Below, piece after piece: positions 1 through 8,151 of a DNA stretch of 27,488 nucleotides. Below the pieces are notes generated by a model. That model was not told the DNA's origin, did not search any database, and saw nothing but the letters and a program-made list of their open reading frames with translations. The first letter of the stretch is position 1; every line of letters begins with the position of its first letter. The translations under genes were made by a program, and so were the position numbers. Location: positions 1 to 27,488 of the IMG/VR virus record IMGVR_UViG_3300008267_000274, one strand, 5' to 3'. Source of the DNA: a virus (lineage: Duplodnaviria; Caudoviricetes).

Positions 1-58
1 ACATTGAAAATTCAGGTGCTTGCTTCATTAAATTAAAAATAGTAATAAAATCTAACAT
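1..58 (-). CDS. 5' end of a downstream gene running off the window (MLDFITIFNLMKQAPEFSM...)
   Basis: ATG at 58-56 overlaps the DUF1353 stop (ATGTTAG) and the frame stays open to position 1, like other coupled genes here. Confidence 0.45.
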   Translation of the reverse strand, partial: MLDFITIFNLMKQAPEFSM

Positions 59-453
59 TTCTTTTTTCTCCATTTGCTACCGCCAAAAATTAGAACAGCA
101 ATATAGAAAGCCTTAGCTTTCCAAACTTCTAGCGAGCTATTGCGTAAACCGTTGTAAAATGCCATATCTGCATCTCTGCGAAACATATCAAAAGTTCTTA
201 ATCCTGAGTATAAAAAATCATGTGCAATAGCATTTTCAACGCCAACATCGAAGTTAGAAAATAAGGGCTTGAATAAAGTCGGGATAGTAAAGCCGTTAGA
301 TTCAAAGCCTGCTGGGATAGTGTATATTTCTTGCAATCTTTGACCCGCAAAATTAATATAAAATCTTAAATCTTCTTTTAGAACAATTTTATCTTTCTTA
401 TCCTTTTTTGGCGTATAAACGGCTTCGTCTATAAATTCAAACCCTGATTTCAT
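52..453 (-). CDS. DUF1353-family phage protein
   Basis: IPAGFESNGFTIP, AIAHDFLY and RRDADMAF match the DUF1353 pattern (VPxGFxTDxASIP...AxxHDxLY...RxxADxxF). Typical position after tail fibre genes. Confidence 0.8.
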   Translation of the reverse strand: MKSGFEFIDEAVYTPKKDKKDKIVLKEDLRFYINFAGQRLQEIYTIPAGFESNGFTIPTLFKPLFSNFDVGVENAIAHDFLYSGLRTFDMFRRDADMAFYNGLRNSSLEVWKAKAFYIAVLIFGGSKWRKKKC

Positions 454-1103
454 TATGCTGTAAATTTAATTAAATTAACTTCATCGATAGTTTTACAATT
501 ATTAATTTGTGCTAAATAAACACTATTTAAAACATTGCTGTTAACTTCTCTTTGTTGAATATGATTCGCCAATGATTCCGCAATTGGAAACACATTAACC
601 ATTCCAGTTGATTGAACGCCATTTTTAGTAATGGTAGTTGTATAAGGAATTATTTTTGAATCTAAACAAGTTTTTAGATTTGCTTTTAAACTAGCCAAAT
701 CAATTGACTTAGCATCAAGAATAGAAGCTTTAATACAACTAGTCATATCAAGATTGCACTTGTTTAAAATGCTTTCAGGAGTTAGTTTTGAGTTTGGAAT
801 AGCGTCAACATACCAAATGAAGCTAACAGGCTCACCTTGTTTAAATTGAGTTTTACCGCCAACAATTGAAGGGACTAACTCGGGAGCTGTAAAAGTTGTG
901 TAGGGCTTAGTTTTTTCAGCAAAAATAAAGGCGTTTAACTCATTTATTTTTTGTGTTTTAGCGTCAGCCAACCAGTCAAATTTCTCATATTCGCCACCGT
1001 CGGCGATATATTTTTTGATTGCTTGCATTTCGTTATTATCGGCATTTTTTGGAATTTCAAATCCATTGAATAACCATGTGTTTTTAAGTTCTTTAATAAT
1101 CAT
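453..1103 (-). CDS. Tail-fibre-associated/assembly protein (DUF4376-like termini)
   Basis: Directly downstream of the fibre. IPKNADNNEMQ, LADAKTQKINEL and C-terminal QINNCKTIDEVNLI resemble fibre chaperone-type proteins. Confidence 0.5.
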   Translation of the reverse strand: MIIKELKNTWLFNGFEIPKNADNNEMQAIKKYIADGGEYEKFDWLADAKTQKINELNAFIFAEKTKPYTTFTAPELVPSIVGGKTQFKQGEPVSFIWYVDAIPNSKLTPESILNKCNLDMTSCIKASILDAKSIDLASLKANLKTCLDSKIIPYTTTITKNGVQSTGMVNVFPIAESLANHIQQREVNSNVLNSVYLAQINNCKTIDEVNLIKFTA

Positions 1104-1108
1104 AAAAT

Positions 1109-2617
1109 CTATAATTCGTCGTTGATAATTACATTAAATTGCCCTTCTATTCCTGCTCCTGAAGCCCCATAGCTGAGCCACAAGCTGTAAGCGTTAATTG
1201 AAGCTTGAACAGGTGAAGTAGCACCACCAGAGATAACACTTAGGGAGCTACTAGGAGAGCTTGTTCTTTTAACTGTTTTAAAAGGAAATAAAGCTTTTTG
1301 GGTTATTGAACCGCCTGAAGCAAAAGCGAGTGCAAAAGCTATGCCATATTCATAATACCGCTGACATAAAAATAATTCTTGTTGAATTGTTCTATATTCA
1401 AAAGGCGTAGCCACTGAACCCGCTTCAAGTTGAACGCCAGCAATGAATAAATCATTTGAAGTAGAATCACAAGCATTGACTTGGTTGGAAGAACCAAAAA
1501 AGTTTCCAGTTTGCCAAGTATTTGGTGTTGTTTGAAATGTTGAGCCAGATGCCAAAGTAAAGCCTAATTGCAAACCAATCCCATTCGCATAATTCCAAGT
1601 TCCAGTTGCGGGAGAAGCGGGAAAATTGAGTGTTTTAAATTCCCAAGTGTTAGAGGCATTGACATTTATTTCTTTAATACAAGACCTATCATCTCCTCCG
1701 TTTATAAGGTGAACAGAATAGACACCAGTTTTTGTTGCTTTTACCCAAAAAGAAACTGTTATTTCTTTTTGTGCTAACGGAATAAAATTATGACCTTCAA
1801 TCCTTTGTCTAATTGCTGCATAATCCGTAGCCGCAATTGAAGAATCTACAGTTTGACAATCAATTTTTAATGAATTTGAAAATAGTCTTCCAGCTTGAGC
1901 AACCGTCGGAACATCACTCGACCAAGTTATATCATGAACCATTGAACCTGATTTCAAATACAACCAACGGTCAGCAGTGTAGGTTGCATGAGCAACCGAA
2001 GTAAAAGAAGTCCCTCTTTGCCAGATATTAAAATCGCCATTGATTATAGCATTGCGATTGGGTTGTAAATCTGCTAAAGCCATACTTCCAGAGCCATTAA
2101 AATATGCAATTTTATTTGCAGAGCCAGTGAGATTAGCAAGAGCATTTAAATTTGCATTGCCATTCATACCTTGAACAAAGTTAGTGCCGTTATAAACAAA
2201 TTCAACTTCTGTATTTGCTGGAATATCGCCAGTGGTTAAATTTGTAGAGCCGTCTGATTTTTTACAAGTTATAGCAGAGCCACCAAAGGGAGTAATGGTC
2301 GAAGAACCTGTATTTGAATTTGCAGTTTTAAATCTTACTCTTGTTCCAGTTTTGAGTGGTGGATTTGTAAAGGGCGAAGAAGCTGTAAGAATATAAGAAT
2401 TTGCAGAACTTCCGCTATCTGTGCATAGAATACCAGCTTGAGAAACATAAGCTTTAACAGCTTCAGCTTGTTGCGAATTAACCAATCCAGAACTATCAAG
2501 TGTTGTTCCATCAATTACAGAAAGAGCATTCATTTCATCTCTTAGGATATTTAGATACTGAGCATCTACCGGAGGAGTTGCATTATTATTAAACGAGCCT
2601 GTTGTTTTTGTAGTCAT
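1109..2617 (-). CDS. Tail fibre / receptor-binding protein
   Basis: N-terminal anchor-like PVDAQYLNILRDEM, Gly/Ser/Thr-rich middle, then RNAIINGDFNIWQRG...QLEAGSVATPFE...ELFLCQRYY, a carbohydrate-binding-like domain common in phage fibres. Follows baseplate genes. Confidence 0.8.
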   Translation of the reverse strand: MTTKTTGSFNNNATPPVDAQYLNILRDEMNALSVIDGTTLDSSGLVNSQQAEAVKAYVSQAGILCTDSGSSANSYILTASSPFTNPPLKTGTRVRFKTANSNTGSSTITPFGGSAITCKKSDGSTNLTTGDIPANTEVEFVYNGTNFVQGMNGNANLNALANLTGSANKIAYFNGSGSMALADLQPNRNAIINGDFNIWQRGTSFTSVAHATYTADRWLYLKSGSMVHDITWSSDVPTVAQAGRLFSNSLKIDCQTVDSSIAATDYAAIRQRIEGHNFIPLAQKEITVSFWVKATKTGVYSVHLINGGDDRSCIKEINVNASNTWEFKTLNFPASPATGTWNYANGIGLQLGFTLASGSTFQTTPNTWQTGNFFGSSNQVNACDSTSNDLFIAGVQLEAGSVATPFEYRTIQQELFLCQRYYEYGIAFALAFASGGSITQKALFPFKTVKRTSSPSSSLSVISGGATSPVQASINAYSLWLSYGASGAGIEGQFNVIINDEL

Positions 2618-2618
2618 A

Positions 2619-3224
2619 TTAAGTAAAAATTAGTTTTACATTTGCTGGCTTAACAGCCTCAAATAAATTTATTAATAAATCATTTGTTCCTTTAGGAATA
2701 AACGGCGGTGTATAAGGCGGATAAGCTGAAGCATCAAAGTCATTTGATTTTATCATTAACACAAACCTAACGCCATCTTCACTAAGAGGAATAAACGGCG
2801 GTGTATAAGGTGGATAAATAGCATTTAAACCTTTTTGTATAGTTACATTTAAACCAAGCAAATTAGCTAAAGCTCTCATATCATCAATTGTAAGAACTCC
2901 TAAACTTCTTAATTTTGTTAAAACTTGGTTTCTTCTTTCTTCAAATGTTAATTCGGTAGTTTTCTTAAAGATATTATCTGGTATGCCCACGCTAGATTCC
3001 CACAATGATAAGAACTCTTCGTCATCACAATCTAAGATATTTAGATTTTTAAAATCTTTAGTAAATAAATCATCAATATCTTTAAAACTTTTGGATATTC
3101 CTTTTAAAAGTTTATATAAATCGCTATCTTGATAATTTTTGGCAAAAAACAAACGAGAATTAGGAAAATACGATGAGGTAATTTGTGTATGAGTCTGTAT
3201 TGTTTCTATCTTAAACTCGGTCAT
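2619..3224 (-). CDS. Baseplate wedge protein, Mu gp48/DUF2313 (YmfQ)-like
   Basis: LSLWESSVGIPD, FEERRNQVLTKL and C-terminal VKPAN. Follows baseplate J. Confidence 0.78.
   Translation of the reverse strand: MTEFKIETIQTHTQITSSYFPNSRLFFAKNYQDSDLYKLLKGISKSFKDIDDLFTKDFKNLNILDCDDEEFLSLWESSVGIPDNIFKKTTELTFEERRNQVLTKLRSLGVLTIDDMRALANLLGLNVTIQKGLNAIYPPYTPPFIPLSEDGVRFVLMIKSNDFDASAYPPYTPPFIPKGTNDLLINLFEAVKPANVKLIFT
2694..2817. repeat. 31-nt direct repeat (30/31 identical) encoding YPPYTPPFIP twice
   Basis: aggaataaacggcggtgtataagg(c/t)ggataa at 2694-2724 and 2787-2817, 93 nt apart and in frame. Confidence 0.92.
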
Positions 3225-4762
3225 GGATAAGTAATTGTTCCTAATGTTGATATTTCATTTAATCCAATTAAATTATCCGCCGTTGGGAAGGATAAAGTAA
3301 ATTCGGGTTTTCTTCCAGTTGAATCAAAAGTATTTCCAATTATAGCTTTAAATGCGGTAATTTTATCATTAACGCCAATTTTATTCTTACTTCTAAAATA
3401 ACTATCCAAAGATTTTGTAATAGCATCTTTCATCGCTGTTGTGTTTGGATACAAATAAGAGAAAGTAAAATTTTGTGGAACTGCTATTGGAGAAAACACG
3501 ATCATATCAGTTTCGTCCATGTTGGAAATTAAACTCAAAAGCAATCTGTCTTTAACTTTGTTTACTTCGGTCGAAGAAGGAATTATACTTGGGTCGTTAT
3601 CTCTTAAAACTCCAATTCTAACTTGACCGGGTTGAACATAAGAATAAGAAGCCGTAATTGTTCCAGTTGCTGGTGTAGTAGGAGTTCCATCAACTTTAAA
3701 AGCAAATCTATTTGCATCTAAAACAATTATTTTTCTCGTGCCGTTATAAGCAGTTTGAACAGCTCCAAGAACTAAAACAGTTGAATTGTCAGCTAACCCA
3801 TGATTGTTAGATGTGGCAATAGCGACATTATCATATCTTACTAAAGAAGATATGCTTAGGCTTGCTGTAGTTGATGTTGGATTAAATATTTGAACTCTAG
3901 TAATTCCGCTAATCTTTTTACATTCACTTTCTAAGAAAGCGTTGTTAAAAGTGGATATTGGGTTTTCCATTCTATCGTTAATTCTTTGTCTGTAAGATAC
4001 AAAATCTTCGACATCAGTTCCATTTGTTAACCCGTCATAACTTACAAAACAGTTAGAGTTAATATCGGGAACCGCTGTATTTAATTTTAATAATGTTCCG
4101 TGATTCTTATTGGTATTTAAACCAAATTCTGAGGATTTGACTGTAGCTAAAATACTTTTCCATTGGACTACAATAGTTCCAGTGGCAGAGCCAGCTGTTC
4201 CCGCTTTTGTGTATGTAAATGAGGTTGGCGAAATAACGGTTATTACTTGATTGGTAATATTAAAATCATCAGGAACTGCACCAGTGATTGAATCAATTGT
4301 AAAACCACTTGCTAGATTAATATTGGAGCTAAATGCGACAGTAACCAAATCACCAGTTCTACTAATAGAAGTTGGATTTACTTGTTGAAGTGCAATTGTT
4401 GCGTCTGATTGAGTTGTAAAAACTAATCCATCAGCAGATTTAACTTGAGTATTTGTTGGAATCAAAGCCCCGTTAGTTCCTCCAAAAACAACGCTACCTT
4501 CTGACGGCGTTGGTGGATTTAATGTTATTCCGTATGGTTCTCCGTGATAATAAAGGTATTCATCATCGCAGGTTTTTATAAATGTTTGTTTATTAATCTT
4601 TAATCTTTTTCTATAAACATCATAAACTCTAGCTGATAAAGCTCCTAAGAATGACTTAATGCCATCTTGCTTTAACGCTTCACCATTAGTTTCAATAGAA
4701 ACATCGGCTGTCATTTTGTCGTAAACTTCTACTCTTGTATCTGGTGTATTAAACTCAGCCAT
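3221..4762 (-). CDS. Baseplate J-like wedge protein (Mu gp47) with two inserted beta-rich domains
   Basis: TCDDEYLYYHG, GSVVFGG, GLTNGTDVEDFVSYRQRI and ISGITRV match baseplate J. Extra domains at about 4160-4381 and 3646-3862. Confidence 0.88.
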   Translation of the reverse strand: MAEFNTPDTRVEVYDKMTADVSIETNGEALKQDGIKSFLGALSARVYDVYRKRLKINKQTFIKTCDDEYLYYHGEPYGITLNPPTPSEGSVVFGGTNGALIPTNTQVKSADGLVFTTQSDATIALQQVNPTSISRTGDLVTVAFSSNINLASGFTIDSITGAVPDDFNITNQVITVISPTSFTYTKAGTAGSATGTIVVQWKSILATVKSSEFGLNTNKNHGTLLKLNTAVPDINSNCFVSYDGLTNGTDVEDFVSYRQRINDRMENPISTFNNAFLESECKKISGITRVQIFNPTSTTASLSISSLVRYDNVAIATSNNHGLADNSTVLVLGAVQTAYNGTRKIIVLDANRFAFKVDGTPTTPATGTITASYSYVQPGQVRIGVLRDNDPSIIPSSTEVNKVKDRLLLSLISNMDETDMIVFSPIAVPQNFTFSYLYPNTTAMKDAITKSLDSYFRSKNKIGVNDKITAFKAIIGNTFDSTGRKPEFTLSFPTADNLIGLNEISTLGTITYP

Positions 4763-5237
4763 TGGTTTTTATATTTAAACTATATTTAATTTCGTTTTTT
4801 AAAAAAGGTTTTATTTTTATTTCTAAAATAACATAACCTAAGCCAATAAAATAATTATATAAAACATCATCTTGTAAAATATTGCCGTTAATATCGACAA
4901 AATTTACTTCTATATCCTCAACTACTTCATCTTCAATTAGCCAATCTAAGGCTTCTTCGGTATAGCTCAAAATAAGATTTATAGTATCTTGGTCTAAAAC
5001 AGATTGTTCAAGAGTCCAAAGAAAACTTCCTTGCTGATAATCTTGACCGCTATATATTATCAAATTTCCAAACCAACCATTTTGAGGTATGTTTTTATTA
5101 GCAAACTCTGGAGATATTTCTCTTTTGTTGCAGAATAAAGATACATAAATAGAACTTTTCAACGGGTCAACATCGTTAGAAAAATCTATGTCAAAAGGAT
5201 AAGGTTTGTTTTTAGTCTCAATAAATCCTATTGTCAT
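4755..5237 (-). CDS. Baseplate protein, Mu gp46-like
   Basis: SIYVSLF, GWFGN, GSFLWTL and YTEEALDWLIED match gp46 motifs (GWWGD, GSRLWLL, YAxEALxWL). Confidence 0.88.
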   Translation of the reverse strand: MTIGFIETKNKPYPFDIDFSNDVDPLKSSIYVSLFCNKREISPEFANKNIPQNGWFGNLIIYSGQDYQQGSFLWTLEQSVLDQDTINLILSYTEEALDWLIEDEVVEDIEVNFVDINGNILQDDVLYNYFIGLGYVILEIKIKPFLKNEIKYSLNIKTNG

Positions 5238-5743
5238 ACGACACCTCCAGTTGACCCCGGCCCACTCAGAACTCCTGAATGCATATGGCTTAGGAAAGTT
5301 TTATTAGCGATTTTAGTTCCAGTTCCTGTTAATGTTGAATCTCCAGAAACTTCTAAATTTCCAGTTATCTTTACATTTCCAGTAATCTCTATACTATCGC
5401 CCTTGAGTGTTATTTTATTTTTTTCGCTAACAATGTCAATATTTCCGTTATCCATAAATAAGACTTTATTGCCATTTCTGCCATAAACAACAACGCCGTC
5501 ATTAACTGAGTTTATATCAAATAAATCTATTACATGACCATAATTTTTAGATGTATCACAATCAGTGTTAACAACAATACAATGACAGCCTACTTTAGGA
5601 GTTCCACTAATGCCCATTGAGCTTACAATTAATATATCATCAATCTCTACATCATTTCTGATTAATTTCACTTTTGCATAAATAAGTTGATCGACAATTT
5701 CAATCGCTGTAATTATTCCTAAATTTGTATAACTATGTTCCAT
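5234..5743 (-). CDS. Baseplate spike, Mu gp45/P2 gpV-like
   Basis: Beta-helix repeats (ITGNVKITGNLEVSGD) and C-terminal HxH motif (SHMHSGV...TGG). Confidence 0.88.
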   Translation of the reverse strand: MEHSYTNLGIITAIEIVDQLIYAKVKLIRNDVEIDDILIVSSMGISGTPKVGCHCIVVNTDCDTSKNYGHVIDLFDINSVNDGVVVYGRNGNKVLFMDNGNIDIVSEKNKITLKGDSIEITGNVKITGNLEVSGDSTLTGTGTKIANKTFLSHMHSGVLSGPGSTGGVV

Positions 5744-5749
5744 ATTTGT

Positions 5750-6961
5750 TTAAATTGGAGGTTCTATCGGAATTTCTCTACCTTTATTACCAGAACCTTT
5801 TATTCTTTTAACTAAAGGCTCAAACAAAGATTCAGTATAGGCTTTTTTATCAATAAGAACCATTTCTGATTTAGTTCCATTTTCATTTTTAGTATATTTG
5901 ACAGATTTTATTAAATATCTACCAATAACATTTTTTATATCATCAACCACATCAACCAAACTATTTACTCTCCATAGTGGATTTTTTTTAATATCTTCAT
6001 CTAAATTTTGTCTAAAACCCCAAACCGCACAATTGTAAACAAACGATTGAGCTTTTCTGATGTTATTTTCCCACTCGGCTATTCTTTGGACTTCTTTTGG
6101 TGATGAAACTTGTCTAAAAGTTGTATATATTCTATTCTTTCTAATTTCATCATCATAAGAAACTCCAGTAGCATTTATCGTATTACTGCGAATCCCGCCA
6201 CGACCTTTTTCTTTAATTATTGGCTCTAGTGGGTCAATTGTGGTATCGCTGGTAGCATTGCCATTAGCGGTAGGAATAGATTTAACAACATATTTGTAAA
6301 ATCTTTTTGAGTAATCTATATCAACATTAGAAGAAAGAATATTCGAGTTTCTATCATTTCTGATTCGCTGTAATAATGTATTGCATACCTCGCCACCAAT
6401 ATCGTTAATTATTAAGTTCCCACTTCCATCGGAGTTTAAAATTAATTGCCTTTTATCAGCACATCTTTTAATAACTTCAAACGCACTATCGTTATCTCTA
6501 TGAACAACATCATCGCTAGATTGCAATATAGATATATCGCCATATTTATTAATAACAGATACGCCTTTTTGTTTTCTAATGTTATTGGGGTTATCAATTA
6601 CATCGTAATTTAATGTTTTTAAAACATCTTTGCATAATTCAATAAAGGATATTGGAGTTTTATATATTTTTGCTCCTATTTTGCTATCAACTAAATCACA
6701 AAGATTATCTCTTCCGCTTATCTGAATAATTGATTTATCTCCTTGGTCGATTTTATTTACAATCTCTATAAATCCCGTCAAGAACTCTTCTCCATCAATA
6801 TCTATAATAACCTCATCGCCTTCTTTTATAATTGAGTTATCGCTAGGAATATTAATTGTAAAAGAAAATATTTTAACTAGATTTTCAATATTCTGAGAAA
6901 GTTCGTAAGATAAAAATTCCGTATATTTATAATCTTCTATTTTTATTGATATTTTGTTCAT
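5750..6961 (-). CDS. Baseplate hub / tail protein, Mu gpP (gp44)-like
   Basis: LTGFIE, ISGRDNLCDLVDS, SDGSGNLII, SKRFYKYVV and LWRVNSLV. Lies between gpN and spike. Confidence 0.85.
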   Translation of the reverse strand: MNKISIKIEDYKYTEFLSYELSQNIENLVKIFSFTINIPSDNSIIKEGDEVIIDIDGEEFLTGFIEIVNKIDQGDKSIIQISGRDNLCDLVDSKIGAKIYKTPISFIELCKDVLKTLNYDVIDNPNNIRKQKGVSVINKYGDISILQSSDDVVHRDNDSAFEVIKRCADKRQLILNSDGSGNLIINDIGGEVCNTLLQRIRNDRNSNILSSNVDIDYSKRFYKYVVKSIPTANGNATSDTTIDPLEPIIKEKGRGGIRSNTINATGVSYDDEIRKNRIYTTFRQVSSPKEVQRIAEWENNIRKAQSFVYNCAVWGFRQNLDEDIKKNPLWRVNSLVDVVDDIKNVIGRYLIKSVKYTKNENGTKSEMVLIDKKAYTESLFEPLVKRIKGSGNKGREIPIEPPI

Positions 6962-8151
6962 GAAACAAACAATTTAATGTTGCCACTAACGCTTTGAGGG
7001 TCTTGTATTTTATTAAGATTCAATATGTTTTCATATTGAGAACCAGCAGCATTAGCATAATAACCATAAGCTAAGGCAATTGCTGGCAATGAGTTAGTAT
7101 TGATAGTGCTTACAGAAGGTAGTTTAAACTTCAGGTTATTAAGCGAGATTAATGTTTCCGCTCTCATTCTTTCAATTATTGAATAAATTTGGTCATCTAT
7201 CAAATTAGGATTTAAGGAATTATACATAGTCTCAACCCTTTTTATAATATTATTGACTTGACTTTGGTCGGTATAATCTATTGAAGTTGCTACTAGATAC
7301 GAATTTGATATTAAAGAAATCTTAACAACATTTGAGATCGTATTTCCTACTATAGTTTCTGGTAAAGTGTTATTAATCGCAGAAGGCATTTTTTTAAATA
7401 CATTTTCTTGTATTTTAAAACAATCATCAAAATTTGTCGTTACTTCGATTAATCTATTTATATTTTTCATAAAAGCATCGGCAAATTTAGCTGGAAAATT
7501 TATAACATCATTAATGGTGTTTTTTAAATCAGTAATATCGGCAATAACGCCAGCTATTTCATCATTAATTCCATTTATAGTCTCCATAGCTTGCCTTGCT
7601 CCATCGGTAAAAGCAGTTACGCCATCTCTTACAGAATTATAAGCCTCTAAACTTTCTTCGGCAAGTTTACCTAAATCTTGCAATAACTTTTTATTTTCAT
7701 CGCTTAACGAATCAAACAATTTACTTAGGAATCCTTTTTTATCATCAACTTTTGTAGGAAATTTATTTTTATCGGATTCAGCGGCAATAAATTTATATAT
7801 TGCTTCACCAATTTTTCCTTGTATTGATTCTGTTCCTTGAGGTCTAATAATTACAACTTCTTTTCTACCTAAAGTTGGGTGAACTAAAACTCCAATGCCT
7901 TCGTGGGCTAAGGCTTCCTCAAATTTCTTCTTGTTTCTTTTAAAACTAGTTGGTGTTCCTTTATTAGCCTCGATTCTAGCGGTCATTTCATAAATACCTC
8001 TAACCTTACCCATATCCTCAATATATCTTGAATCTGTGTTAGGATACTCGAATACGGCAGTTTTTCTACCTAGTTCAGGTTTAGAGGCTTCCATGCCATA
8101 AAAAGGCACTCCGTTTAATTTGCAAGCAAACCAGTTTGAATTAATTGGCAC
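6958..8151 (-). CDS. DNA circularization protein, Mu gpN-like
   Basis: NGVPF, GRKTAVFEYP, IEDMG, GVLVHPTLG and a LysM-like C-terminus (LPAIALAYGYY...LNKIQDP). Confidence 0.88.
   Translation of the reverse strand: MPINSNWFACKLNGVPFYGMEASKPELGRKTAVFEYPNTDSRYIEDMGKVRGIYEMTARIEANKGTPTSFKRNKKKFEEALAHEGIGVLVHPTLGRKEVVIIRPQGTESIQGKIGEAIYKFIAAESDKNKFPTKVDDKKGFLSKLFDSLSDENKKLLQDLGKLAEESLEAYNSVRDGVTAFTDGARQAMETINGINDEIAGVIADITDLKNTINDVINFPAKFADAFMKNINRLIEVTTNFDDCFKIQENVFKKMPSAINNTLPETIVGNTISNVVKISLISNSYLVATSIDYTDQSQVNNIIKRVETMYNSLNPNLIDDQIYSIIERMRAETLISLNNLKFKLPSVSTINTNSLPAIALAYGYYANAAGSQYENILNLNKIQDPQSVSGNIKLFVS

Noticed and set aside
1109-2617. Diversity-generating retroelement or invertible fibre cassette
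   Set aside because: No template/variable repeat pair, reverse transcriptase, invertase or flanking inverted repeats seen.
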